In this document: positions 52,438 to 63,400 of the stretch, piece by piece
Numbering within the stretch: position 1 is the stretch's first letter
Layout: the number at the start of each line of letters is the position of its first letter
Source of the DNA: a virus
Taxonomy: Duplodnaviria; Heunggongvirae; Uroviricota; Caudoviricetes
Reading direction: 5' to 3' (one strand)
Virus record (IMG/VR): IMGVR_UViG_3300025310_000004
Location: 59,759-123,758 of that record
DNA: 64,000 nt
Translations under genes and position numbers: made by a program
The notes under the pieces: model-generated
Seen by the model: the letters and a program-made list of their open reading frames with translations, nothing else
Told to the model about the DNA's origin: nothing
Database searches by the model: none

Positions 52438-52863
52438 ATGGCAGCCAACATCAGCGTCCGCCTCGACATCGATCTCAAGATTGATCAGGCGGCCCTGAAC
52501 TTGATGCTCCAAAGCCCGCGCGGATTGGTGGGCGAATACATCTACCGCATGGGCCTACTCGCTACGGCCGAGGCGCGTCAACGCGCCCCGGTCAAGACGG
52601 GGGCGCTTAAGTCCAGCATCGGGATGATTCGTGGGGTGGGTGGCGTCCCTGCCGCCGTCGAGATCACGGCCAACATCTCCTACGCCCTGGCCGTACATAA
52701 TGGGGTCGGGGCCAGGACGATCAATGCCAAGCCAGGGGGCCTGCTCAGGTTCCCCAACAAGGCCGGGATCATCGTCTACGCTCCTCAGGTCCACCAAGGG
52801 CCTCGGGCCGCCAATCCCTTCCTCTGGGATGCCCTCGTGGATGCTGTGGCGGCCATGGCTTGA
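52438..52863 (+). CDS. HK97 gp10-family head-tail/tail-completion protein
   Basis: APVKTGALKSSI motif. Confidence 0.55.
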   Translation: MAANISVRLDIDLKIDQAALNLMLQSPRGLVGEYIYRMGLLATAEARQRAPVKTGALKSSIGMIRGVGGVPAAVEITANISYALAVHNGVGARTINAKPGGLLRFPNKAGIIVYAPQVHQGPRAANPFLWDALVDAVAAMA

Positions 52864-53336
52864 TGTCTGATAGGGTTGACATCAACAGTCCACCGAAAGG
52901 AACCAACATGAGCGACGTGCAGACCTCGGGCACCGAGGGTACCCCCGTGGATACCTCCGATTCGGCTTCCGCCGAGGTGACCGCGCAGCCCATCAAGGGC
53001 GGCGAGTTGAACCCTGAGGGCTACGAAGCCATGAAGGCCGAGGCCAAGGAGGACGACGGTACCACCGAGGTCGAGATTCGTGACCAGACCTTCAAGGTCG
53101 TCGCCAACCTCCCCGGAATCGTGCTGCTCGACCTCGGCGTTGCGTCTGACCCCTCGGCAACCCAGGGTGAGCAGTTGCGTGCCCTGCGCGAGTTCCTCAA
53201 GTCGGCTATCGCCCCCGAGGACCTCGGTCGCTTCGAGCACTTCCTCCGCACGGCTCAGCCCACTATCTACATCGATGAACTGAACAAGATCGTGGAGAAG
53301 TTGCTGGCGGTGATCGGCGGACGCCCTACCGAGTAG
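52860..53336 (+). CDS. tail assembly chaperone-like acidic protein
   Basis: Position immediately upstream of the tape measure gene. Confidence 0.45.
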   Translation: MMSDRVDINSPPKGTNMSDVQTSGTEGTPVDTSDSASAEVTAQPIKGGELNPEGYEAMKAEAKEDDGTTEVEIRDQTFKVVANLPGIVLLDLGVASDPSATQGEQLRALREFLKSAIAPEDLGRFEHFLRTAQPTIYIDELNKIVEKLLAVIGGRPTE

Positions 53337-53356
53337 TCAACTCCCTTTCGGTCTGG

Positions 53357-53644
53357 GTGTTGGCTAACATCTACGAGGTCGATGGACGCCTCGTTGAGAC
53401 GGGCCGGAGGCTGGTCGATCTATCGGCGTTGGAACTGCTCAACTTCGCCTACTCGATCTTGATGAAGGACGCTACGCAGGAGGGTCGGCAACGCATCAAT
53501 GCCGTTCTTGAGGGTCGTGTCGGGCCTAATGGGGGTATCCTGGTGGATGACGACACGCTGCCTGAGGCCCTGCAGGGGATGGAAGCGCCGTCCTGGTGGT
53601 CAGATGATCACGACCCATTCGCTGAGCAGCATAGAATCGGGTAG
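53357..53644 (+). CDS. possible second tail assembly chaperone ORF (T-like)
   Basis: Short ORF between the chaperone and the tape measure gene. Confidence 0.35.
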   Translation: MLANIYEVDGRLVETGRRLVDLSALELLNFAYSILMKDATQEGRQRINAVLEGRVGPNGGILVDDDTLPEALQGMEAPSWWSDDHDPFAEQHRIG

Positions 53645-53666
53645 TACCCTGCTCCCGAGGTAGGCC

Positions 53667-56600
53667 ATGGCGAACGTCGTCGGCTCAGCCACAATCCGCA
53701 TCATCCCTGACACTTCGGGATTCAGCGCGGCTCTGCGCGGCCAACTCAACACCCTGACGAGCCAGGTCGGCGCCATGGGTGGCCGGAACATCACCGGCAA
53801 CCTATCAACCCAACTCAACACGCTGGGCACGAGCCTAGACCGGACTGGCACCAGGGCAGCCCTCGTCGGACAGGCGTTCACCTACGGCCTGACTCGGCCA
53901 CTCATCCGTGCTGGCGAGGCCATCATCGGAGTGGCTGCCGACTTCGATGAAGCGGCCCGGACCGTGGCCGCCGTCACCATCCCCGACCCCATCGAGGGTG
54001 TCTTTGAGTCGATGGACATGTTCGAGGGACGCGTCCAGCAATACAAGGACTCGGCTCGCGAGATGGCGCGCGAAACGGTGTTCTCCTCGACCGAGGTCGA
54101 GAAGGCATACGTTGACTTGGCTCGTGCCGGTCTGACGAGCGCCGATCAACTCGAATCAGTCATCGGGACCGTCGCCAACGTGGCTCTGGTCGAGGGTGGC
54201 TCGATGGCCGATTTCAGCGACAAACTCGTCCAAATCTTCACCGGCTTCGGCGGCAACTTCGAGGAGGTCGGCGAGCAGTACGAAACCATCTTCGGTGATG
54301 TCCGAGCCACCACGGCCGATCTGACTGCTGAGTTCGAGCACATGGGCGACATCCTGGCCCTGACCTCGCAGCGCACCGTCACCGACATCACCGACCTGGC
54401 CGTGGCCTTCCGTTACGCCGGTCCCACCGCCAAGGCCGCTGGCTTGTCCTTCGAGGAGACGGCCGCCGGTCTTGGCCTGCTTGCTCAGGCGGGTTTCAGC
54501 GCCAGCATGGGCGGCACGGCCCTTCGTGGCATCATCACCCGTCTAGCCATCCCAACGAAGTTGAGTGAGGAAATCTTCGAGAAGTTCGGGATGACCATGG
54601 AGCAGGCGTTCCAACCTGAGAACGCAGCCAGGTTGCAGGACACCCTGCACTCCATGGGCGTGGCGCAAGAGGAAATCGATGAGATCATGGCTGGTGGCGC
54701 CCAGGGCTTCAGGGAGGCCCAGGACGCGATCGCCGAATATGGATTCGAGGTGTTCGACGCCGCTGGCAACATGAGGCCACTCGTTGACATCGTTGAGGAG
54801 TTCGTTGACAAGGGCGCCCGCGTTGGTGACATCAGCAAGGTGTTCGGTCAACGCGCTGGTCCCGCCTTCCAGGGCCTCATGGACAACTTGCCAGCCCTGC
54901 AGCGCTTGACCGTCGAACTCGACGGCGCCGAGGGCGCTCTCGACCGTATGGCCGAGCGGATGAAAACGTCTGCGTCGGTTCAGTTCAAGTTGCTCAAGAA
55001 CTCCTTGATCGAGTTGGCCATCGCCTTCGGTGAGTCTGGCGTGCTCAAGTTCTTCTCCGACTTGGCAGCCGATCTTCGCGACTTCGCTCTGGGGCTGGCT
55101 GACACCAATCCCCAGATTCTCAAGATCGTTGGGGCTGTGGCTGCCCTTGTCGCGGCCATCGGACCTGTCGGCCTCGTCTTTGGGCTGTGGACTCAGGGCC
55201 TTGGCAAGTTCATCCAGTTTCTTGGCTTCGTCGTGAGTGGGCCAATCGGGGCCTTCGTGGCGGCCATGACCGTCATTGGGGCCACCATCGGGTTCCTGAT
55301 CTCAAGGTCGGAGGCCCTCGGGACAGCCTTCGGCGCTCTTTTCGACTCCATTATGACGGTGGTCGGACCTATCGCCGAACAATTCGGTCGCTTCATCGCA
55401 GGGGTCGTTGGGGGTATTGGCAAACTTGCCGAGATGCTTGGCAACTACCTAGCACCAGCAGTTGCGGATACAGCGGACAAGATCAACGATTGGGTGGAGG
55501 GCGGCGGCCTATTCAAGTTCCTATCCGACTCGATCAATTGGGTGGGCGACCTAGCGAACAAGGTGTTTGACCTTTGGCAGCAGTTCAAGTTGGCTGGCGG
55601 TCTTGAGACAGTTGAGAACGGTCTCAGCGCGGTCAGGGAGGCCGCTGATCGCCTTGTCGCTATTTTCATTGATCTCTGGGATGCGTCACAACCCATCTTC
55701 ACCAATCTTCTCCCCGCTCTCAGAGATGTAGGGAGTGCCCTAGCGACTACTGTCGGCGCCGCCTTTGTTGTTGCCTGGAATGCGGCTTCTGGATTTCTCA
55801 GCGCCATTGAACTGCTTGTTGACGTGCTCAAGCCCGTGCTGGGATTCTTGGGCGACAACCTGACCAACGTCCTTCAAATCTTGGTCATGTGGTTCCTACG
55901 GACACGTTCAAGCATCGACCAAGCGGTCATTGGGTTTGGACGCCTAGGGCAAGCGGCTGATAGGTCCCTAGGCATGTTCGGGAACTTCTTTGGGGGGGCC
56001 GCTCAACGAGTCGATGGGTTCACCCTGAGGGTTTCGGACGCAGTAGCGCGTGTGTCTGTAGCCCTGACGACGATGAGCGCGAGCGCCTCGGTGGCCGCCG
56101 GTAGGTTTAGTGCGGCCATTTTCAGGATGGGGGATCGCGCCGGGTCCATCCTTAGAGGGTTGTCGAGAGGGTTCCAGACCTTCGCCAATGTGACCAAGAA
56201 TGTGATGGCAAACTCCTCAGCCATTCTTTCTGGGTTCTTCGCTGGCCAGATGGCAGCACAGGCAACCACCTTCAAGGATAAGATCGTCTCGCTGGGAACA
56301 GTATTCGTTTCGATGGCTACATCTATCGCCATGCTTCCCGGCCCCGCCGGATTGGCGTTGGCCGTCCTCACAGGCATCGCTGCCATCATGGGGAACCTGC
56401 TGGGAAAGGCCGAGGAATGGGACGCCCTCACCTTCGACATGGGCGGGAGCATCCGAACCCTTTCCGCTGAGTTCGAGAAGATGGGCACTACGGACATGCC
56501 CATTGGCCAGACTCTCGATGCCTTCAATGACCAACTTGAAGGCATGGACCCGCGCAATGTTGCCATCATGAAGAACAACATCGAGGAGTTGGGGTTCTCG

Positions 56601-59600
56601 ATGACGGACCTCGGTGAAGCCTTCATGGGCGGCGAAGAAGAAGTCGCCAAGTTCGTTGACACGTTGGGCCAGACCTTCGCTGATCAGGTCATGGCCGGGA
56701 CCATTGAGTCGGAGAGGTTTGGAATCACCGTTCGACGTTCATTCGGGATGGGCGACAGGGGGCCAGAAGAATACGCCACGGCCTGGGGGGACATTGCCAC
56801 GGAGATTGGCAAGGCCGGTGACGAACTGTTCTACGTCACCGTTAACGGCGAGAAGGTGGGGGAAGGGTTCACTGACGCGGCCGGTGCCGCTACGCGACTC
56901 AAGGAAATCTTCGACAAGGACTTCTTGGGTCAAGCCGTCAGAGACTTCGGGACCGCTATCGACGCCGCTCGTGACAAGTTCGATGCCACTCGGACCATCC
57001 AGCGATTGGTGATGGCCGAACAGACCGACCTCAACGAACGGGCCAAGGGGTGGAGCACCCGCATTGAGGAAGCCAATTCTGGCCTAGACCGAGCACGCAG
57101 CAAGATCGCCAATCTGTTCAAGGGTCCAGACGATCCGGCTGAGGCCACGGCGAGACTTTTCGAGTCAATCGATCAGAGCATCGCAAGCCTCATGATCGAC
57201 GGCAACCTCATGCTCACGCCCCCGGACCCCACGTCCCCTCAGGCCGGGGCTTGGTACGACTCCATGGAGCAAATCACGGGTAATGCCCAGCAAGTCCTTG
57301 CGGGCATTGCACTTGAAATCCCCCCCGTTGCCCCACCCGAGATCAAGCGTGCCGAGTTCGAGCGGCGCTTCGGCGAGATGCGGGCCATCTACATGAGCGC
57401 TCTGCAGCGGCCCGTTGCCGAGGGCGGTCGAGGCATGACTCAGACTCAGGCCAACGAGTTCCTCAACACGATCATGCCGATGCCGTCCGAGGAGCAGATC
57501 ACCGCGTGGCTGGGCGATCAGGACATCGTGGCTGCACAAATCCCAGATTTGGCTCGCATTTTCAACCTTCCAGCCAGCGGGGAACGCATCGATGCGTTCG
57601 TCAACATCCAGAGCATGATTACCGGGCCTCTTGACCCCAACGCCCAGGGCGACCTGGCGTCGGTGTTGCGTACCGGCAACATCGACGTACTCGCTCGCAT
57701 CAACTTGGCCTTGGAGGAGGGCGTAGGACTCCCAGCGGGGATGACCTCTGCCACCCTTGCCAACCTGTTGGCCACCGGTCAGTTGGGTATCAGCCAGTAC
57801 GATGCCTTTATCAATGTTTGGCCAAGTGTGAATGGCCTTGAATCGCTCTCCGAGCAGCAGCGATCCATCATCACGGCTGCCTTTGCTCGTGGAAATGTCA
57901 CGGACACGCAGCAGATCAATTCCTATTTGAGCGTGTTCCAGAACCCACTTCCACCAGGGTTGACCTACGACATGCTCACAGCGCTCCTTGGGTTTGATGT
58001 GATTGAACCCAAGCAGTTGACTGCCTATGTCAACCTCCTTGGTGGCGCTCTCCCCACGGGATGGAATGCAGAGAAAATCAACCAACTGCTCACCACCGGC
58101 AACATGAGCCTTGGCCAAGTTGAAGTCTTTCTGAGAGTGATCCCAGAAATCCCGGTAATCGCAGGACTTGACCCAGCCCAGGTGCAGGACTTGGTGCAGA
58201 AGATGGCAGGTAGCGGGGCTACTCAGCAGCAGATCAACGCGACCCTGAACATCATCTCAGGCGACCCGGCCAAGTTCGCTGAAATCCAGTCGATCTTGAA
58301 CGCCGGGCTTAACCCCGTAAAGATTCCGGTCTACTTCGATGTGCAGAATGCCAACCCGAACATGACTCCCCAGCAGATCGTCGAGTTGATCAACTTTGCC
58401 GCTGGGTTCAACTTCGCTGAGGGCGGCATCGTCACTTCGGAAACCTTCGCTCGCATCGGCGAGGATGGCCCCGAGGTGGTCATCCCGCTGACGAAGCCCG
58501 ATCGTGCTGCCTCACTCATGGCCGACTCTGGCCTGTATCAGTTCGCGTTCAAGACGGCCATGGCTGGTGGGGTTCCACCCGGCATCATCAACATCGCCAA
58601 TGCAACCCCCTACTCGGGGTTCGTGATCGACCCCAACGCCCTCCCGGCCCCTGCTGCCGTTGGCGGCGGTGGCCCCGTCAGCATGACGCTGCCCGGAGCC
58701 ACCGTCAGCGGAGCAGTGCCCCCCGTGACGGACGTGTTGGTGAACGTCGTCTTGGTGCTGGTTGGGGCGGAATTGGTACTGGCAACCTTCTCGGCGATCG
58801 TCAACTCTGCTCTGGCTATGGCCGGGACGATTGGGTCGGCCTTCGCCATCATGAACATCCAGACGATCGAATCGCTGCAGGGCGTCATGGGAACCCTGTT
58901 GCAGATCATCTCCATCACCCCCGCCCTCTTGGAAATGGTTGCCACCATCGGGGCGGGCTTCACTTCTATGGCATTTGTAGTGGTGACTGCGATTACGGCC
59001 ATCGTCCAGGCTTTGTCCCTCATCCCTATTGTCATGGCATCGGTTGGAGAGTCCATCGCCCGTGGCTTCTCTCGCCCCTTCAATCTCATCGCTTCGTCGG
59101 TGTGGAACCCCTTCGCCTCCTTCATCAACTCCGCAGCCACGGCTCTCGGCCTTGGTCCACTTCTCCCCACGGGTCTTTCCATCCCCGTGTTCCACAAGGG
59201 TGGCATCGTTGGCGACGCCACCGGGGATTCCTACGACGGATCGCGCAGCACCACCCAGGACGAGGTGTTCGCCCTTCTGCAGAAGGGCGAGGGCGTCATG
59301 TCCAAGCAGATGATGGCGAACATGACGGCTGCACAGATCAGCGCCTTCAAGAAGGGCGAGAAGCGTTGGTGGGCAGTTGGCGGTCCCTACGAGTCCGGCA
59401 AGGGCCAGGCCGGGACGCGGATCGATTCTGGGTACGCCTACAACTCGCCGGACATCCCGAACTTCGAGCAGACCAAGGCGTTCTACGAGGGCACCATCAA
59501 GCCGCTCATCGGATCGGTGACGACCGCCTACCCAGGCAACCTGGCCGCCAACATTGGCGGGACCTCGATGAGCCGTCTGGGCGACGCTGCCGTGGAATAC

Positions 59601-60377
59601 ACCCGCGGTTACACCGATCGGATGACCGAGGAGCAGCAGAAGTACCTCGTGCAGATCGGGCTTCCGCCGGACTTCGACATCGACGGCGCCCTCCCGGCTG
59701 GATTCGACCTTGCTGAGTGGCGCTCGTTCCTGGGGGCCAACAAGAAGCCTGGGAGTTGGCCGTTCATCGCCGCCTACCTGAATGCTGCCGGGATTCCCTT
59801 CCTGACCAACTCGACGCTACGTCCCGGTGATGTCGGCTCTTACCACGCCTCGGGTCGCGCCATCGACCTCGGTGCCCCTGGTGACGCCAACTACGACTCG
59901 CCCGGACTTCTTCGCATCAACCATGCCCTGGCCCCCCTGCTGGGCGTGCTGGCCGAGTTGATCTACTCCGGCCCCGGCGGCATCAGTGACAAGGCATACG
60001 ACGCCGGGACGATGGCGCAACACCACAACCACGTCCACGCCGCCCTGCGCGATGGCGGGATCGTTCAGGACCTCGTGTACGCCATGCTTGGCGAGGACGG
60101 CCCCGAGGTGGTCATCCCGCTGAACGACCCCAACCGCGCTCTGAGCCTGGCTCGTCGCTCGGGACTGCTGCGCACGCTGCAGGGCGCCCAGAACCGTTCC
60201 ACCTCCTACTCGCCCCCCTCGGCCGTATCGGACGCCCGGAGTGCCACCACAGGTGGCGACGACGACGGAATCCTGGGCGGCGCCGGCAACACCTACCACA
60301 TCCACGGCATCTCCTGGGACCAGGCCCGCAAGAAGATCGAGAACAGGGATCGGGCGGCCCTTCGCCGCCGCCGCTAG
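53667..60377 (+). CDS. tape measure protein
   Basis: 2236 aa with helical/Ala-rich repeats and TM segments. Duplicated motif GGIV..FARIGEDGPEVVIPL. C-terminal zinc-peptidase-like H..D...HNHVH. Confidence 0.9.
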   Translation: MANVVGSATIRIIPDTSGFSAALRGQLNTLTSQVGAMGGRNITGNLSTQLNTLGTSLDRTGTRAALVGQAFTYGLTRPLIRAGEAIIGVAADFDEAARTVAAVTIPDPIEGVFESMDMFEGRVQQYKDSAREMARETVFSSTEVEKAYVDLARAGLTSADQLESVIGTVANVALVEGGSMADFSDKLVQIFTGFGGNFEEVGEQYETIFGDVRATTADLTAEFEHMGDILALTSQRTVTDITDLAVAFRYAGPTAKAAGLSFEETAAGLGLLAQAGFSASMGGTALRGIITRLAIPTKLSEEIFEKFGMTMEQAFQPENAARLQDTLHSMGVAQEEIDEIMAGGAQGFREAQDAIAEYGFEVFDAAGNMRPLVDIVEEFVDKGARVGDISKVFGQRAGPAFQGLMDNLPALQRLTVELDGAEGALDRMAERMKTSASVQFKLLKNSLIELAIAFGESGVLKFFSDLAADLRDFALGLADTNPQILKIVGAVAALVAAIGPVGLVFGLWTQGLGKFIQFLGFVVSGPIGAFVAAMTVIGATIGFLISRSEALGTAFGALFDSIMTVVGPIAEQFGRFIAGVVGGIGKLAEMLGNYLAPAVADTADKINDWVEGGGLFKFLSDSINWVGDLANKVFDLWQQFKLAGGLETVENGLSAVREAADRLVAIFIDLWDASQPIFTNLLPALRDVGSALATTVGAAFVVAWNAASGFLSAIELLVDVLKPVLGFLGDNLTNVLQILVMWFLRTRSSIDQAVIGFGRLGQAADRSLGMFGNFFGGAAQRVDGFTLRVSDAVARVSVALTTMSASASVAAGRFSAAIFRMGDRAGSILRGLSRGFQTFANVTKNVMANSSAILSGFFAGQMAAQATTFKDKIVSLGTVFVSMATSIAMLPGPAGLALAVLTGIAAIMGNLLGKAEEWDALTFDMGGSIRTLSAEFEKMGTTDMPIGQTLDAFNDQLEGMDPRNVAIMKNNIEELGFSMTDLGEAFMGGEEEVAKFVDTLGQTFADQVMAGTIESERFGITVRRSFGMGDRGPEEYATAWGDIATEIGKAGDELFYVTVNGEKVGEGFTDAAGAATRLKEIFDKDFLGQAVRDFGTAIDAARDKFDATRTIQRLVMAEQTDLNERAKGWSTRIEEANSGLDRARSKIANLFKGPDDPAEATARLFESIDQSIASLMIDGNLMLTPPDPTSPQAGAWYDSMEQITGNAQQVLAGIALEIPPVAPPEIKRAEFERRFGEMRAIYMSALQRPVAEGGRGMTQTQANEFLNTIMPMPSEEQITAWLGDQDIVAAQIPDLARIFNLPASGERIDAFVNIQSMITGPLDPNAQGDLASVLRTGNIDVLARINLALEEGVGLPAGMTSATLANLLATGQLGISQYDAFINVWPSVNGLESLSEQQRSIITAAFARGNVTDTQQINSYLSVFQNPLPPGLTYDMLTALLGFDVIEPKQLTAYVNLLGGALPTGWNAEKINQLLTTGNMSLGQVEVFLRVIPEIPVIAGLDPAQVQDLVQKMAGSGATQQQINATLNIISGDPAKFAEIQSILNAGLNPVKIPVYFDVQNANPNMTPQQIVELINFAAGFNFAEGGIVTSETFARIGEDGPEVVIPLTKPDRAASLMADSGLYQFAFKTAMAGGVPPGIINIANATPYSGFVIDPNALPAPAAVGGGGPVSMTLPGATVSGAVPPVTDVLVNVVLVLVGAELVLATFSAIVNSALAMAGTIGSAFAIMNIQTIESLQGVMGTLLQIISITPALLEMVATIGAGFTSMAFVVVTAITAIVQALSLIPIVMASVGESIARGFSRPFNLIASSVWNPFASFINSAATALGLGPLLPTGLSIPVFHKGGIVGDATGDSYDGSRSTTQDEVFALLQKGEGVMSKQMMANMTAAQISAFKKGEKRWWAVGGPYESGKGQAGTRIDSGYAYNSPDIPNFEQTKAFYEGTIKPLIGSVTTAYPGNLAANIGGTSMSRLGDAAVEYTRGYTDRMTEEQQKYLVQIGLPPDFDIDGALPAGFDLAEWRSFLGANKKPGSWPFIAAYLNAAGIPFLTNSTLRPGDVGSYHASGRAIDLGAPGDANYDSPGLLRINHALAPLLGVLAELIYSGPGGISDKAYDAGTMAQHHNHVHAALRDGGIVQDLVYAMLGEDGPEVVIPLNDPNRALSLARRSGLLRTLQGAQNRSTSYSPPSAVSDARSATTGGDDDGILGGAGNTYHIHGISWDQARKKIENRDRAALRRRR

Positions 60378-60458
60378 GGAGAACGCCCCTGATGGCGATT
60401 TGCGCGATCATGTAGGGGATAGCGTCTCAGTTGGATCGACGCATCGAAGGCGACCACC

Positions 60459-63400
60459 GTGTATTCAGGGTACCTCTACTTCAACTCCACCGAGATCGCC
60501 AACAACCAACGCGTCGTCGCGTACCTGAACGGCAACCCGTCCCTGGGAATCCCTGGCCTCAAGAGCCCGAACCTCTCGGTGTCTCCGTCCTGTGGGTGTG
60601 ACGCACTGTGCCTCTATTGTGACCAGGGCTCCGGGGAGGGCGGTGCCTTCGTTTCTCCGAAGTTGGATGACGCCCCCTGGTACGACCCAGACGTGCCAGA
60701 TTCGGAGTCCTTCGCTGGATTCTTCATCGAGGACATCACCGGGTTCGACTCGGTAGTGAGGCGCGATTTCTCTGATGGGGCGATCTCGGGCGGATCGCTT
60801 GGGCCACTTCGCCTGTCGGGTCGCTGCATGACCGTCACCGGATGGCTGATGGCCTCCACTTGCTGTGGCGCTGAGTACGGGTTGCGCTGGCTGCAGGAAG
60901 CGCTCATGGGCAACGTGTGCGATGAGTGCGCCTACGGCGATCTCTACATGATCAAGTGCTGCCCCCCCGAGGGGGACACCTGCCACACGGTAGAAGTCGG
61001 CGCGACGGACACGGTGCCAGACACCACCGTCCCCTTCTCGGTCACCAACAACGCCGACGGCACCTACACCTTCTTCATCGATGATGCCCTGCAGGCAAAC
61101 CTGATCTCCGATCCAGACGGGCTCATCAACAACACCGATGGACCGATCCCCGCCTGCTATGGGGCCGGGAACACCTTCCGCTTCGTCCTGGCGGATGACC
61201 TGGGGGCCATCTTCACCTTCCTCATCCCGTTCGAGGCCATCACGTCTGCCGTCACTTCACCGTCGGGTAACGGGGCCGACATGACCTTCGTTGTTGACAC
61301 CAACGTCGTGGGTTCTTGTGATGACGTGGTTCGCAGCATCGAGAAGTTCACCACCCAGGTGACCGAGTACCTCTCCACCTACTCCTCAGCCGAGTTGGTC
61401 GATCTCACGTCGCCGACGCAGGTGCGGTGCTTCGAGACGCGTGAGGGCTACAACCCAGACGACTACGTTCGTCTCCTCCATCGCGTTGGCCTCACCGAAG
61501 GTCCGACGGTCTTGGAGCGCCTCGGCACTTGCTGTGAGTCCAACTGCGGATGCGTCTACCTCAAGGTGGAGTTCACGCTGTGCTCGGAGTCTCCCTACAT
61601 CTTCTCCGACATCGATTGGTGCATCGAGGGCGAAACCTTCGACTTCGATGAGTGCTACTGCCTCGACACCCGCAGGCTGTGCAACATCTGCTCCACTCAG
61701 GACGCGACCAAGTTCGTTGAGCGTGAGACGCGGCGTCCCAACTGCCCGATCACGTTGAGGTACGACCAGACGTGGTGTCCTGAGCAGTGGCCGGATGGGG
61801 TTGAGGACTGCCCTCCGGTTGACTGCCTTCTGACCATCGGAAGCCTTGAGGAGTTCGAGCCGGAGGACAACTCCGAGACGACCACTGGAACGGCAACGGG
61901 TGAGAACACCCTGTTGGTCAACCTCAATGCCGACTTCACTTGGTCGCCTATTGGCTTCAACCCCGAGGATGGGTTCCCGCCCGACTTTGCCGATCTCTAC
62001 CTGTTCAACGGCGGCAACTGCTGGCAGCCCTTCGAGAATCCCTACAGCGTCGATGGCGGCACTAGCGATTGCGACTACTTCGTAACGCTTGGGCCTCCTG
62101 GCTCCTACACATGGTCGCCGTTCTTGTGGAACCCGGTTGCCACCGGATTCCCACCCGAGCCATGCGCCATCTCGATCGTGCCAAGCCTGTGCGAGTGCCC
62201 CACCACTTCGCCTCGCCCCGAGCCGCCCGACACTGATCCCCCAACGCCTGACCCGGTGATCGATTGCGGTGGGGGCATCTGGTACAACCCCGAGGACTGC
62301 ACGCGTGGGTGCGACCCGTGCGGAGCCTGCAACACCTGCAAGCCAGACTGTGGCACCGATGGTGAGCCCATCAGGGCTCCGATCAGGTTGATCTGGAACA
62401 AGGCCAACAACACCTATCGGTTCGAGATTCTCACCTTCGTCACTGGTGCTGGCGGTGTCACCGGCTACGGCAACATCGACTGCTTCGAGATCACCGAGTA
62501 CGTCGTTGAGGGAGTGAAGCCCTGTTTGGTTCGCCTGATCTACGACGAGGGAACCAAGTCTCAAACGTGGGAACCCATTCGTTGGTCTGGATCGCTGCCA
62601 GCCCCATCGGACTGCGATTGCATCCAGATCGCTGAGATCGTTGTCAACAAGACGGAAACGCTTGATTGCGTTGATGCCACGGACTGCCCGATCAACGTGC
62701 AGTGCGATGTCGAGTGGCGTCCCGAGGACTGCACCACCCGTCAGGCCATGTGCGCGTTCTTCTACCGCCTCAACGGATCACCACCGTTCGTCCCTCCGAC
62801 TACTCCGACCTTCTCCGACGTTCCCACCAGCAACGCCTTCTACACCGAGATCGAGTGGGCCTATGCCCAGGGGCTCACTGATGGCTTCGGGGATGGAACG
62901 TTCCGTCCCGAGAACTCGGTGTCTCGTCAGGCGGCGGCTGCCTTCTTCTATCGCGACGCTGGTGAACCGGCCTTCACCCTCCCCTACAACCAGACCTTCT
63001 CCGACGTTGACCCGACCCACCCCTTCTACACCGAGATCGAGTGGGTGGCGGATCAGTGCATCTTCTTCGGGTATGGCGACGGGACCTACCGCCCTGAGGA
63101 CTGCCTGACGCGTCGCTCGGCCGCCATCACCATCTACCGATACGGTGGCGGAAAGCCTTCGTACTCTGACGTTGACCAGACCCACCCGTTCTTCAATGAG
63201 ATCGAGTGGGCTCGCGACCAGCGCATCTTCTGTGGGTACGGGGATGGCACTTTCCAGCCTGGGAACGATCTGTCGCGCCGGATCGCTGCGGTCAACTTCT
63301 ACCGCGATGCAGGGGAGCCTGCGTTCGTTCCTCCTGGCGTCCCGACCTTCTTGGATGTCCCCACCACCGATCCTCAGTACCTTGAGATCGAGTGGGCCTA

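Noticed and set aside
53330-53360. -1 programmed frameshift joining the two tail-chaperone ORFs
   Set aside because: The arrangement is as expected for a G/T pair, but I could not find a slippery heptamer or verify an open overlapping frame by eye. I leave it as two ORFs.
57165-59221. Minus-strand ORFs of 200-320 aa inside the tape measure gene
   Set aside because: They lie antisense to a 2236-aa gene with clear tape measure protein features. Their composition is typical of GC-rich non-coding frames.
60465-62564. Minus-strand ORFs 60465..60986 and 61386..62564 in the last 3.5 kb
   Set aside because: The plus strand is open from 60459 to the window end and carries a recognisable repeat protein. 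The ORF track omits it only because it lacks an in-window stop.
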